A stretch of 64,000 nt of DNA from Deltaproteobacteria bacterium. Its GTDB lineage: Bacteria > Myxococcota > Kuafuiibacteriia > Kuafuiibacteriales > Kuafuiibacteriaceae. Where the stretch lies: assembly GCA_040218735.1 (NCBI GenBank), contig JAVJQW010000048.1, forward strand, positions 32,001 to 96,000, in the 5' to 3' direction. The notes under the pieces are model-generated. The model was not told the origin of the DNA, searched no databases, and saw only the letters and a list, made by a program, of their open reading frames with translations. Shown here piece after piece: positions 9,131-19,349 of this stretch. The position numbers and the translations under genes are program-made. Numbering within the stretch: position 1 is the first letter of the stretch; the number at the start of each line of letters is the position of its first letter.

Positions 9131-11113
9131 TCACGGGGAAGTTTTGTCAAGGGAAGGCGTCGTCGCCTCCGCGTTCTTGCTCGGGACGATCGAGCTGAGC
9201 ACCGAGGCGTCGAGCATCGGGTTCACGAGGTACGTGTACGAAGCCATCCCGGCCTCGAAGTGCTTCACCAGCGCGGCGCTCTCCTCGAACGTCATCGTCC
9301 CCGCGGACAGCGCCGCCTCGATGGACTCGCGCAGCTTCGCCATGATGTGGCGCTGGTCGTAGGACACGTACGAGAGCACGTCCTTCACCGTGTCGCCCTC
9401 GATGACGTGTTTGACCGCGTACCCGCGCTCCTCGTCGTAGCGGATGTGCACGGCGTTCACGTCTCCGAAGAGGTTGTGCAGATCGCCGAGCACCTCCTGG
9501 TACGCGCCGACCAGGAAGATGCCGAGCAGGTAGGGCTCCGCCGACGAGTAGTCGTGCAGCTCGAGCGCCGTCTTGACGTCGTGCAGCCCGATGAACTGGT
9601 CGACCTTGCCGTCGGAGTCACACGTCAGGTCCGCGAGGATCGCGCGCCGGGTGGGCTCCTCGCGGAGGCGATGGATCGGCATCACCGGGAACAGCGCCTT
9701 CACCGCCCACGAGTCGGGCACCGACTGGAACAGCGAGAAGTTGCAGAAGTACGTGTCCGCGAGCTGGCGCTCGAGGCTGTCGAGGTCCTCCGGCACGTAG
9801 TCCATGTCGCGCACGATGCGGCGGATCTTTCGCGCCGCCTGCCAGAACAGCGCTTCGACCGTCGCGCGGTCGCGAAGATCGAGGATGCCGTGCCGATACA
9901 TCGACAGCGCGTCCTCCTTGAGCTGCACGGCGTCGTGGTACGCCTCCTGGTAGTTCTTGCGGTTGATGTTCGCCGCGACCTCCCGCAGCTCTTCGAGCAG
10001 GTAGTGCTCGTCCGCGCCGGCGACCGGCGGCGGCTCGACGGACTCGGTGGTGTGGCCCAGGACGTCGAACACGAGCACCGTGTGGTGCGCGGTCAACGCG
10101 CGGCCCGACTCCGAGATGATCGTGGGGTGCGGGATGTCGTAGTCGTCGAGCGTGCTGCTGATCGCGTGCACGATGTCCGCCGCGTACTCCTCCAGCGAGT
10201 AGTTCTTCGACGCGTGGAAGTTCGTGCGCGAGCCGTCGTAGTCGACCGCGAGGCCACCGCCGACGTCCACGTACGCGAGCGGCGCCCCCATCTGGTAGAG
10301 GTCCACGAAGATGCGCGTCGCCTCCGCGAGCGCGTCCTTCACCGCGCGGATCGCCGTGATCTGCGAGCCGATGTGGAAGTGCATGCACACGAGGCGGTCG
10401 AGCATCCCCGCTTCGCTCAGGATCTCCACGGCGCGCACGAGCTCCCCCGCGGTGAGCCCGAACTTCGAGCGGTCGCCGCCCGACTCCGCCCACTTGCCGC
10501 TGCCCTTGCTGGAGAGCTTGCAGCGCACGCCGATGTTCGGCGAAAGACCGAGGCGCTGCGACGCGTCGATGATCATCGCGAGCTCCTGGAAGCGGTCGAC
10601 GATGATCATCGTGCGAATGCCGAGGCGCTGCGCGAGGAGCGCGGTCTCGATGTACGCGACGTCCTTGTAGCCGTTGCAGACGATGATGCCCTCCCGGCGC
10701 TGCATCATCGCGATCGCGACGAGCAGCTCCGGCTTGCTACCGGCCTCCAGCCCGACGCCGTGCTGCTCGCCGAAGCCGATCAGCTCTTCGACGACGTGCC
10801 GCTGCTGGTTCACCTTGATCGGCATGACCAGCTGGTAGCGGCCGGTGTAGCCGTACTCCTTGATCTTCGAAGCGAACGCGTCGTGAATCTCGCCGACGCG
10901 CCGCGCGAGGACGTCCGAGAACCGGAGCAGCAACGGGAGTGAGAGCCCGCGCCGGACGAGGTCGTCGACCACGCGTTTCATGTCGAGCGGCCCGCCGCCC
11001 GTGGCCTCCTTGGTGAGTTGGACGGTCCCCTCGTCACTCACCTCGAAGTAGCCGTTGCCCCACCCCTGGATGTTGTAGAGCTCGGCCGAATCTCGTGTGG
11101 TCCACGCCTTCAC
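9131..11113 (-). CDS. speA: Biosynthetic arginine decarboxylase
   Basis: PIKVNQ (PLP Lys), GLEAGSKPEL, HFHIGSQI, DVGGGL, ESGRA, DLTCDSDG and GAYQEVLGDLHNLFG. Confidence 0.96.
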   Translation of the reverse strand: MKAWTTRDSAELYNIQGWGNGYFEVSDEGTVQLTKEATGGGPLDMKRVVDDLVRRGLSLPLLLRFSDVLARRVGEIHDAFASKIKEYGYTGRYQLVMPIKVNQQRHVVEELIGFGEQHGVGLEAGSKPELLVAIAMMQRREGIIVCNGYKDVAYIETALLAQRLGIRTMIIVDRFQELAMIIDASQRLGLSPNIGVRCKLSSKGSGKWAESGGDRSKFGLTAGELVRAVEILSEAGMLDRLVCMHFHIGSQITAIRAVKDALAEATRIFVDLYQMGAPLAYVDVGGGLAVDYDGSRTNFHASKNYSLEEYAADIVHAISSTLDDYDIPHPTIISESGRALTAHHTVLVFDVLGHTTESVEPPPVAGADEHYLLEELREVAANINRKNYQEAYHDAVQLKEDALSMYRHGILDLRDRATVEALFWQAARKIRRIVRDMDYVPEDLDSLERQLADTYFCNFSLFQSVPDSWAVKALFPVMPIHRLREEPTRRAILADLTCDSDGKVDQFIGLHDVKTALELHDYSSAEPYLLGIFLVGAYQEVLGDLHNLFGDVNAVHIRYDEERGYAVKHVIEGDTVKDVLSYVSYDQRHIMAKLRESIEAALSAGTMTFEESAALVKHFEAGMASYTYLVNPMLDASVLSSIVPSKNAEATTPSLDKTSP

Positions 11114-11203
11114 GCGCCCGATCTAGCGCCGTTCAGTGTGCCAATCCACCCGAATGTGGCTCGAACTTGCGGCCGGCCCCCCCGTTCGGGCAAATTTCAC
11201 AGC

Positions 11204-13492
11204 GTGTCGGAGCGTCCCTCGCAGGGCGGATTGCGGTGGCAGCGCCCGGGCCGCTTCCTCCGGGATCTCAACATCATCGCGCTGCTGTGTGTCATCGCCG
11301 CAGCGGGCGCGCTCCTGCTCCTGCCGATCTCCGACGACGGCCTCCTCGGGCTCCCGCAGCTCGAGGTGGGGGATCTGTCCCCGCGGACGATCAAGAGTCC
11401 CCAGGCGTTCGTCGTCCCGAACCTGGACGCGACCGAACAGCAACGCCGCGCGGTCGTTCGTAAGATCCGCCCGGTCTACGACCAGCGCGTCTGGCTCGGG
11501 GAGGACGCCAAGCGTCGCCTCGAGGACGCGTTCGACGAGGGGCGCCGCCACAAGGACGACCCCGAGGAGACCATCGAGGAGCGGGCGCGTCTGTTCATGC
11601 TCGGACTCGGCGTCGCCGTCGACGAAGAAGCCCTGACGCCCCTCCTCGCCGCCGGAAACCAGGAGGAGCTGCGCGACGCGACCATCATGGTCGTCCAGAC
11701 GATCTACGAGCAGCGGATCGTCGAGGACAAACGCTTCCTCGATCTGCAGAACCCTGCGCGCGGTTTCACGCTCCGCATGGTGAACGAGGACGGGGAGATC
11801 GCGCGGACCGAGTCGTTCTTCAACCTCGGCTCGACGCTCGGCCTCGACCAGGCGCGTTCGGAGATCGACGCCCTCGTCTCCAAGGAGCTGTCCCGCCTCG
11901 AGCCCAAGTACCGGCGGGGCGTCGCGCAGCTCGCGAAGAAGCTCCTGCGCCCGAACCTCGTGCCGAACCAGGCGGAGACCAACCGCCAGAAGCTCGACGC
12001 CGAGCGATCGGTGAAGACGGTCTCCATCTCGATCGCCCCCGGCGAGACCGTGCTCCGCGAGGGCGAGCGCGTGTCGAAGCAGGACCTCCAGATCCTGCAG
12101 GGCATCGAGAAGGAGCTGCGTGCGCAGTCGCGTCTGCAGGCCGCGATCGGGAGCGCGTTGCTCGTCGTTCTGCTCGTGGGCTTCGCGTACCGCTACGCGT
12201 CGCGCAGCTTCCTGCCCGCGAAGCCGTCGCACCGTGACCTCACGTTCATGGCCACCGCCTTCATCGTGATGATGTTGGTGTTCTGGGCGGGCTACAAACT
12301 CGCGCTCCCGCTCGCCGAGGCGCTCCCGGTGGCTAAGCCGACCGACTTCCGTTTCGTCGTCCCCGTCGCGCTCGGCGCGCTCGCGGTGCGGCTGATCGTG
12401 GGCTGGGAGGCGGCCCTCGCGTTCACCGCGGTGATGGGGGTGATCGCCGGCTGGATGATGGACACCAGCCTCGGTTACGCCGCGTACACGATCGCCGGCT
12501 CACTCGCGGCCGCGTCGGTGCCCGACCACACGACATGGCGCGTGGCGATCCTCCGCGCATCGACGCGGGCGGGACTCACGCAAGCCAGCTTGCTCGCAGC
12601 GCTGCTGCTGATCGAGTCGTCGTGGTCGATGGAGGCGTTGCTGTCGCAGCTGATGCTCGCCGGTCTCTCGGCGGCGTCGTGCCTCGTCCTGGCGTTCATC
12701 TGCCTGCCGGTGGTGGAGGTGATGTTCGGCTACACGACGTCGTTCCGGCTCGCGGACTTGTCGAACCTCAACCACCCGCTCCTGAGGGACCTGCTCGTGG
12801 AGGCGCCGGGGACGTACCACCACTCGATCATGGTCGGCACGCTGGCGCAGGAGGCGGCGAACGCGATCGGCGCCAACGCTCAGCTCGCATTGGTCGGCGG
12901 CTACTATCACGACGTCGGCAAGATCAAGAACCCGGAGGCGTTCGAGGAGAACGAGCGTCAGGCCTTCGGATCTTTGCCGCCGCTCGATGAGGCGCGAGAG
13001 CTGAAGATGCACGTCGCGGACGGCCTCGAGCTCGGTGCGAAGCACCGCCTGGGTGCGCCGGTCTTGGAGATCATCGCGCAGCACCACGGCACCGGCGTGG
13101 TGCGCAACGCGCACCAGCGCGCCGCCGAGCAGTACGGGAACGTGGACCGCGCGGACTTCGCGTACGCGGGGCCGCGGCCGCTGTCGCGCGAGTCGGCGAT
13201 CGTGATGCTCGCCGACACCGTCGAGGTCGCGACGCGGGACCTCGCGCAGGAGATCGGGTTGGTGCGGGAGACGATCGAGCAGCGGGTGCGGCAGGCCCTC
13301 GGTGAGGTCCTCGAGGACCGGCAGCTCGAGCAGTGTGAGCTCACGCTGCGTGACATCAGCGCGGTGAGCACGGCGTTTACGAACGTGCTCGAGGACCGCC
13401 TGCTCCGGCGTGGTCGTCCGCCGACGTTGTCGTCGCTGCCGGTCGTGTCCGGCGCGACGATGGTGCGTGCCCCGGGCGGCGAGCCGAACTGA
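11204..13492 (+). CDS. 7TM-HD phosphohydrolase (PgpH/YqfF family, c-di-AMP phosphodiesterase-like)
   Basis: GTG 11204. Extracellular 7TMR-HDED region, 7 TM helices, APGTYHHS, YYHDVGK, QHHGT and MLAD motifs. Canonical position upstream of ybeY. Confidence 0.88.
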   Translation: MSERPSQGGLRWQRPGRFLRDLNIIALLCVIAAAGALLLLPISDDGLLGLPQLEVGDLSPRTIKSPQAFVVPNLDATEQQRRAVVRKIRPVYDQRVWLGEDAKRRLEDAFDEGRRHKDDPEETIEERARLFMLGLGVAVDEEALTPLLAAGNQEELRDATIMVVQTIYEQRIVEDKRFLDLQNPARGFTLRMVNEDGEIARTESFFNLGSTLGLDQARSEIDALVSKELSRLEPKYRRGVAQLAKKLLRPNLVPNQAETNRQKLDAERSVKTVSISIAPGETVLREGERVSKQDLQILQGIEKELRAQSRLQAAIGSALLVVLLVGFAYRYASRSFLPAKPSHRDLTFMATAFIVMMLVFWAGYKLALPLAEALPVAKPTDFRFVVPVALGALAVRLIVGWEAALAFTAVMGVIAGWMMDTSLGYAAYTIAGSLAAASVPDHTTWRVAILRASTRAGLTQASLLAALLLIESSWSMEALLSQLMLAGLSAASCLVLAFICLPVVEVMFGYTTSFRLADLSNLNHPLLRDLLVEAPGTYHHSIMVGTLAQEAANAIGANAQLALVGGYYHDVGKIKNPEAFEENERQAFGSLPPLDEARELKMHVADGLELGAKHRLGAPVLEIIAQHHGTGVVRNAHQRAAEQYGNVDRADFAYAGPRPLSRESAIVMLADTVEVATRDLAQEIGLVRETIEQRVRQALGEVLEDRQLEQCELTLRDISAVSTAFTNVLEDRLLRRGRPPTLSSLPVVSGATMVRAPGGEPN

Positions 13493-13929
13493 TGCCGGTC
13501 GACTTCCTGAGACGCCGACGCGCTGGCGCACGCGGCGGCGACGCCAAGGCGGTGAAGCGCGCCGTGCTCGCGACGCTCGAAGCCGAGGACGCGGTGGGGC
13601 GGGACGTTTCGGTGCTCCTCACCGACGACGCCGAGATCCACGAGCTCAACCGAAACTTCCGCGGGGTGGACAAACCGACGGACGTGCTCGCCTTCAGCCT
13701 CGACGAAGGCGAGTACGGGTCGCTGGACGCGTCGCTCGGCGACGTGATCATCAGCGTCGAGCGCGCCAAGAAGCAGGCGGGCTCCCGACGCGTGACCCTC
13801 GACTCCGAGCTCGAGCTCCTCGCCGTGCACGGGACGCTCCACCTCCTCGGTCACGACCACGCGGAGCCGGAAGAGGCGAAGCGGATGCGGAGCCGAACCC
13901 GCGCGATTCGTCGGGCCCTCGCGAAGTGA
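13492..13929 (+). CDS. ybeY: rRNA maturation endoribonuclease YbeY
   Basis: LNRNFRGVDKPTDVLAF and HGTLHLLGHDH motifs. Confidence 0.95.
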   Translation: MPVDFLRRRRAGARGGDAKAVKRAVLATLEAEDAVGRDVSVLLTDDAEIHELNRNFRGVDKPTDVLAFSLDEGEYGSLDASLGDVIISVERAKKQAGSRRVTLDSELELLAVHGTLHLLGHDHAEPEEAKRMRSRTRAIRRALAK

Positions 13930-15008
13930 GCGCGCAAGTCAGGTTGCGCATCGAGTCGCTCTCCGATCGGGGGCGGGTCGCGATCAAACACACGCTCGGG
14001 CTCAGTGACGAAGAGCTCCAGCGGATGAAGCTGCCGTTCGAGGCGCAAGCTGCGTTGACGTCCGAACGGCGGACACGGTTCGAGCAGGCGGCGTCGGTTC
14101 ACACGGAGGAGGCTCGTGTGAAGTACGACCTCTGTACGAAGCACACCCACCTCGCGAAGGACCGGACGTGTTCGCGGTGTAAGGAGCGGACCTGCGCGGC
14201 GTGCGTCGAGCTCACCGAAGCGGGGGTCTGTCCCGCGTGTACGAAGAAGCTCCGACGCAGCGGCACGTTTCGCACGGTGCGGATTACGGTGCTCTTCGTG
14301 ATCTTCGCGTTGGTCGCCCTGAGCACCTACGCGCAGCGCCAGGCGATCCGAAGCTGGCAGCGCCCGGTCAGGGTCGTCATCGTGCCGCTCGCGTACGATC
14401 AGGACGCGGAGACGATCGCGTACGCGAAGTCGGTGCCGGAGACGACCTACGCTCCCGTCGTCGCGTTCCTGCAGGCGGAGGCGGAGCGTTACGGGGTGAC
14501 GACGTCGCCGATCGTCACCGTCGAGGTCGACCGCACGGTGTCGGAGCGACCGCCGCTTCCGCCCGACGAACCGAGCATCATCGACGCGATCGTCTTTTCG
14601 CTGCGGCTGCGGTGGTACGCGATGGGGCTCGACACGGACGCGGACATCCGATTGTTCGTGCTGTACCACGCGCCGAGCGACGGCAAGTCGGTGCCGCACT
14701 CGATCGGCCTCGAGCGTGGCCACGTCGGCATCGTCCATGCGTTCGCGGGCGCCGACCTCGAACCGCACAACGCCGTCGTGCTCACCCACGAGCTCCTCCA
14801 CACCGCCGGCGCGACGGACAAGTACGACGAGCGCGGCGCCCCGATCTTTCCCGAGGGCTACGCGGACCCGTCCGCGCGTGTGCAGGTCCGCGCGGAGCTG
14901 ATGGCGATCTCGGTGCCGACCCCGCGTGGCCCGCGGCTCGCGCAGAACCTCCAAGAGTGCACCGTCGGTGCGGTGACGGCGGCGGAGATCGGATGGGTCA
15001 AGGAGTGA
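13926..15008 (+). CDS. Membrane protein: cytoplasmic B-box-like zinc finger, one TM helix and extracytoplasmic zincin metallopeptidase-like domain
   Basis: GTG overlaps the ybeY stop. CxxH...CxxC...CxxC...CxxC; hydrophobic TVLFVIFALVAL; THELLHTAGATDKY. Confidence 0.7.
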   Translation: MSAQVRLRIESLSDRGRVAIKHTLGLSDEELQRMKLPFEAQAALTSERRTRFEQAASVHTEEARVKYDLCTKHTHLAKDRTCSRCKERTCAACVELTEAGVCPACTKKLRRSGTFRTVRITVLFVIFALVALSTYAQRQAIRSWQRPVRVVIVPLAYDQDAETIAYAKSVPETTYAPVVAFLQAEAERYGVTTSPIVTVEVDRTVSERPPLPPDEPSIIDAIVFSLRLRWYAMGLDTDADIRLFVLYHAPSDGKSVPHSIGLERGHVGIVHAFAGADLEPHNAVVLTHELLHTAGATDKYDERGAPIFPEGYADPSARVQVRAELMAISVPTPRGPRLAQNLQECTVGAVTAAEIGWVKE

Positions 15009-15009
15009 G

Positions 15010-16125
15010 TCACCGCGTCAGCCACGCGCGGACGCGTTCGAGCCCGGCTTGGTGCACGCGGTCGCTGAGGATCGGGGGCATCGGTGACTCACCTTCGCCG
15101 CGGACGCGGATTCGCGTGAAGACGCAGCTGTCCTCGGGGTCGCCGAGGGCGACTCGGTAGCCGCACCCGCCGAAGAAGCCGCGGATCTCCACGTCGACCG
15201 CGGTGCGGTAGGCGCCGGTGTCCCAGATGGAGCTGTCGTTGGCGCCGAGCTGGAGCGAGAAGGGGTGGTTCGGGAACGGTACCGCGTCGGGGTCTTCGTT
15301 GTGGCAGTGTGCGCAGTTCGCGTGCAGGTACCCCAGCGCCGCGCTCGTCACTTCGTCCCCCGGGAGCTGGACACCTTCGGGGCGCGGCCGCGCGAGCGCG
15401 CCGCGTTCGCTGAGCGTCCGAAGCGTGACGCCGGGACCGTCGTGCCCGAGCTGGACCGCGGAGACGCCGAGGAACCTCGAGCTCAACCCGCCGGGGTCGC
15501 CGCCGCGCTCGCCGTGGCACCGGATGCAAACGCCCGCGCTCGGCACGTCGTAGTCGTAGCCGTGCGCGTCCTCGAGGAGCGCAGGATCGGTTTCTTCCGT
15601 GACGAGGAACGCGTCCGAGCCGTCCTCGGCCCACAGGTAGTGCACGAACATGAAGTCGTCGATGCCGGGGCCGGTTCGATGCACCATCCGGGTCTCGATC
15701 GGTTGGCCGTTCACGGAGAACTCCTTGAACGCGCGCGTGCCGACGGGGAAGCGCCAGTCGTCCATGTCGATCGAGTCGATCGGACCGTTGCAGCGAGGGA
15801 GGTAGAGCCACCGACGTTTGTCGGCACCGTCCGACCACAGCTCGAAGCGCGGAGAAAATGCCTCGACGTCGGCGGCGATCGTCCGCCTCGCGAAGTCTTC
15901 GTAGAGACCGAGCTCGCTCAAGCGGTCCGGAGGTTCGGTGAGGACCGTGAGTCGGTCGATGCAGTCGACGCCACCGTCGTAGACTCCGCCGTCGCGCACC
16001 GTGCCCGCGTCGCGACTCGCGCCGGCGTCGCGGCGCACGGCGCCGCCGTCGCGGGCAGAGGGCGGGGCGATGCCGTCGCAAGCCCAGACCGCGACGACGA
16101 CGACCGCCGAGGCGCGGAGTCTCAT
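15010..16125 (-). CDS. Diheme c-type cytochrome lipoprotein (SO2930-like)
   Basis: ATG 16125 overlaps the mxcI stop. Lipobox VWAC; LSELGLY, LWSDGADKRRW, FPVGT; heme motifs CIRCH and CAHCH. Confidence 0.75.
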   Translation of the reverse strand: MRLRASAVVVVAVWACDGIAPPSARDGGAVRRDAGASRDAGTVRDGGVYDGGVDCIDRLTVLTEPPDRLSELGLYEDFARRTIAADVEAFSPRFELWSDGADKRRWLYLPRCNGPIDSIDMDDWRFPVGTRAFKEFSVNGQPIETRMVHRTGPGIDDFMFVHYLWAEDGSDAFLVTEETDPALLEDAHGYDYDVPSAGVCIRCHGERGGDPGGLSSRFLGVSAVQLGHDGPGVTLRTLSERGALARPRPEGVQLPGDEVTSAALGYLHANCAHCHNEDPDAVPFPNHPFSLQLGANDSSIWDTGAYRTAVDVEIRGFFGGCGYRVALGDPEDSCVFTRIRVRGEGESPMPPILSDRVHQAGLERVRAWLTR

Positions 16126-17366
16126 CGCAACTTCGTCACCGAGAAGACTTGGCCTTCGATCGAGGTACCGGCCGAGCCGAGCACGCCGCCGCTCACGTCG
16201 CGGAGGTGGGTGACGACGGGCTCCCCGCCGGCCTCGGGGATGACGCGAAGATCTCCGACGTCGAGGATTACCATCCGACCGGTGCCCGGTTCGTAGCCGC
16301 TCACGGGCGCCGCGGTGGGGGTGTCGCCGAGGGAGAGGGACCACCAGCTCCACCAGCTGCGAACGGCGACGAGGATGGGCACGGGCGGTGGCGTGACCAG
16401 TGAAGGATCGAGGACGCGGATGTACGCGTCGCCGTTCTCACCGGCGACGAGCATGCCCGCGATGTCACCATCGGTCCCGGGGTCGATCACATCGTCGAGC
16501 TCGACGAGGTAGCTGCGGTCGTAGCTGTCCGAGCTCGGGTCGAACCGAATGAGGCACGGCGAGAAAGCCTTGGTGCTGTCGAGGTGGTGGACGGCGCCGG
16601 CGTAGGACTCGGTCGCGAGGTAGATCATCCCGTCATCGCCGATCACGCCGTCGCGGGCCCAACCACACCGGTCGTCGACGACCACGATTGCGCTGTCGTT
16701 GGCGGTGTCGACGACGACCATCGCCGACTCGTTCAACACGTCCGCGCGGTCGGCCGTGAGCCAGCCGGCGGGGTAGTAGAGTTTCGTGCCCATCTCGATC
16801 GCGGGGGACTGGGAGAAGAAGAGCAATGCGTCCGTTCGGGCGAGCGCGGAGAGATCGATCGAGCTCGAGATCGCGAGCGCCTGAGGGTCCCAGACGACGA
16901 TGCTCCGGGTCGCGCCGTCGAAGTAGTACGCCTTGGTCTCGTTCACGAAGTAGAACTGTGACTGGTACTCGCTGATCGACTGGACGCCGGCGGGGGCGAA
17001 CGTGAAGGTTCCGCCCTCGACCAGGGTGCCGTCATCCATCACGTCGTGCCGGGTCAGCGTTGGCGCCTCGTCGCCGGAAGTGAAGACCACTCGACCTCCC
17101 TCCGGCCCGACCCCGCGGGCGCGTCCGGGGAGCTCGATTCCATCGCTGATGTCGAGGTGCTGCTCGCGGGTGATGTCGTCGGTGACGACGAGGTAGCTCT
17201 GGTATGCGCTACCGGTGTTGATCTCGCTGGTGACGGCGAACAGCGGGCCGGTGGCCGGTGGTTGCCCGCCGTCGCGGCTCATCGTGACGTCGTCGCCGTC
17301 GTCGTCCGAACCTGAGCACGCGACGAGCGGCAAGAGGAGTGAGAGGCACAAGAGTCTGGGGTTCAT
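16122..17366 (-). CDS. mxcI: MxcI-like lipoprotein (beta-propeller) of myxochelin clusters
   Basis: ATG 17366 overlaps the DAHP synthase stop. Lipobox LVAC; FVNETKAYYFD, VWDP and DDRCG...DGMIYLA motifs recalled for MxcI; cluster context. Confidence 0.7.
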   Translation of the reverse strand: MNPRLLCLSLLLPLVACSGSDDDGDDVTMSRDGGQPPATGPLFAVTSEINTGSAYQSYLVVTDDITREQHLDISDGIELPGRARGVGPEGGRVVFTSGDEAPTLTRHDVMDDGTLVEGGTFTFAPAGVQSISEYQSQFYFVNETKAYYFDGATRSIVVWDPQALAISSSIDLSALARTDALLFFSQSPAIEMGTKLYYPAGWLTADRADVLNESAMVVVDTANDSAIVVVDDRCGWARDGVIGDDGMIYLATESYAGAVHHLDSTKAFSPCLIRFDPSSDSYDRSYLVELDDVIDPGTDGDIAGMLVAGENGDAYIRVLDPSLVTPPPVPILVAVRSWWSWWSLSLGDTPTAAPVSGYEPGTGRMVILDVGDLRVIPEAGGEPVVTHLRDVSGGVLGSAGTSIEGQVFSVTKLR

Positions 17367-18586
17367 GGTTGGGTTTCCTTCTGGGAGTAGCTTCCCCGGG
17401 AGAGTTGGGTCGCGAGCCACGCGGCGAACGCGATCGCTTGGTGGTCGTTCAGTCGCGGATCACACGCCGTCGTGTAGCGCTCGTGGAGACGATGCTCGTG
17501 GAGCGAAGCGTCGACACACTCGGTGACGCGGTCGCCGGTCATCTCGAGGTGGATGCCTGCGGCAGGGACGCCCTCGGCCGCGAGGATCTGCAGGAAGAGG
17601 CGGACCTCGGACCTCAGCGTAGCGACGTGGCGTGTCTTGAGCCCGGTGTCGGTACGCACGGTGTTTCCGTGCATCGGGTCGCTGACCCAACCGACCTGGA
17701 GCCCCTCGCGTCGAATGCGACGGACGAGCGAGGGGAGGTGCGTCTGAATTCCCGAGGCACCCATGCGCACGATGAACGTCAGGCGCCCCGGGCGGTTCGT
17801 CGGGTCGAGCGCGTGTGCGAGGCGCACGAGCTCGTCGGGCTCCGTCGTCGGACCGAGTTTGATCCCGATGGGGTTGAGGATCCCCCGGAGCAGCTCGATG
17901 TGAGCGCCACCTCGCTGTCGTGTTCGGTCGCCGAGCCAGAGGAAGTGCGCCGACGAGAGGTACCAGCCCCCCGCGGGCGTCGGCCGACAGGACGCTTCTT
18001 CATAGGGGAGTAGCAGGGCCTCGTGGCAGACGAAGGGGCGCCGCGCTCGTCGTCGTAACGCGGCGAGGACTCGGGCGGAGTGTTCGTGCGCGAGGAGCAT
18101 TCGCCGGGGATCGGCGAGTCGTCCGGCCGGCGTGAACGCGAGGTCGTTGATCGCGTCGCCGCGGTAGACCGGGAGGTCGAGGCCGTCGCGGTGTTCGACG
18201 ACATCGCTCCGCGGCTTGGCGAGCTGCCCGGCCATTCGCGCGACGACGACCACGGGCTGCGAGGTCGCCGCGACGAGGATGTCCGCCATGCGGTCCAGGA
18301 CGTTGCAGGTCGGACCGACGGCCGGCTCGGGCGTGATGCGCTCCGCGCAGTCCCCGCCCTGGAGGAGGAAGGCATCGCCTCGCGCCGCGGCGGCGAGGCG
18401 GGTCTCGAGCGCGAAGACCTCGTCGTACGGGACGAGCGGTGGCCTCCGGAGGAGAGCGTGCTCCGCGCGTGCGAGCTCGTCGGGGTCGGCGTACCGAGGG
18501 AGCTGCGACGCGGGGAGGCTCCGCCAGGAGTCGGGCGTCCAGTGTTCCGTGATTCGGCTTGATGCGGTGTTCAGCAAGACGGCCAC
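17363..18586 (-). CDS. Class II DAHP synthase (AroAA5-type precursor supply for the siderophore)
   Basis: FLLQGGDCAE, RMAGQLAKPRS, HEALLLPYE, WLGDRTRQ, DPMHGNT and CDPRLN. Confidence 0.93.
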   Translation of the reverse strand: MAVLLNTASSRITEHWTPDSWRSLPASQLPRYADPDELARAEHALLRRPPLVPYDEVFALETRLAAAARGDAFLLQGGDCAERITPEPAVGPTCNVLDRMADILVAATSQPVVVVARMAGQLAKPRSDVVEHRDGLDLPVYRGDAINDLAFTPAGRLADPRRMLLAHEHSARVLAALRRRARRPFVCHEALLLPYEEASCRPTPAGGWYLSSAHFLWLGDRTRQRGGAHIELLRGILNPIGIKLGPTTEPDELVRLAHALDPTNRPGRLTFIVRMGASGIQTHLPSLVRRIRREGLQVGWVSDPMHGNTVRTDTGLKTRHVATLRSEVRLFLQILAAEGVPAAGIHLEMTGDRVTECVDASLHEHRLHERYTTACDPRLNDHQAIAFAAWLATQLSRGSYSQKETQP

Positions 18587-19342
18587 CTAGAGCGTTGCGC
18601 CGCCGTCGATGCGGAGGTCGTGAAGGGTGATGTGCCGAGCGCGATCCGACAGCAGGAACACGATGCCGTCGGCGACGTCCGAAGCGTCGGCGACGCGGCC
18701 GAGCGGGATGCCGAGGCGAAACCTCGACGGATCGCCGGCGATCGAGCTGTCGGTGGCGCGCCCATCGAGCAGGCGCGTGAGCATCGGTGTGTTCGTCGAG
18801 CCCGGCGAAACGACGTTGCAGCGGATGCCGAACGGCGCGAGCTCGAGTCCGAGGGAGCGCGTCAATGCGGTGGCCGCCGCCTTGGTTGCGGCGTAGACGC
18901 CGAGGTCCACGCGGGGGACCGCCGAGGCATTGGAGGACACCGTCACGATCGCGCCGCGTCGGCGCTCGATCATCGCTTTGGCGACCGCGCGTGAGACGAG
19001 CCAGGGGGCGGCCGCGTTGACCGCCATGGCGCGCTCGAACGCGGGCATGTCGAGCTCGGTGAGCGCGCTGCCGACGAGCAGAACTCCGGCTGCGTTCACG
19101 AGGCCATCGATCTCGGACGTGGCTTCGACCTCGGCGATGACGGTCTCGATCGCCGCCACGTCCGTGACGTCGAGCGCGCGCGGGATGAACCGGTCTCCGT
19201 GGATCTGTGCGCCGCGTGTGAGACGGTCCGCGTCGATATCGATGGCGACGACCCGACCGCCGTCGCGGATCAACGCCGCAGCGACGGCGGCGCCGATCCC
19301 GGACGCGGCGCCGGTAACGACCGTGGTCTGTCGCGCCTCCAT
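18587..19342 (-). CDS. dhbA: 2,3-dihydro-2,3-dihydroxybenzoate dehydrogenase (MxcC/EntA/DhbA)
   Basis: SDR TGAASGIG, SNASAVPR, YAATK, VSPGSTNTPM, FRLGIPLGR and ITLHDLRIDGGATL. Confidence 0.92.
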   Translation of the reverse strand: MEARQTTVVTGAASGIGAAVAAALIRDGGRVVAIDIDADRLTRGAQIHGDRFIPRALDVTDVAAIETVIAEVEATSEIDGLVNAAGVLLVGSALTELDMPAFERAMAVNAAAPWLVSRAVAKAMIERRRGAIVTVSSNASAVPRVDLGVYAATKAAATALTRSLGLELAPFGIRCNVVSPGSTNTPMLTRLLDGRATDSSIAGDPSRFRLGIPLGRVADASDVADGIVFLLSDRARHITLHDLRIDGGATL

Positions 19343-19349
19343 GTTCGCC

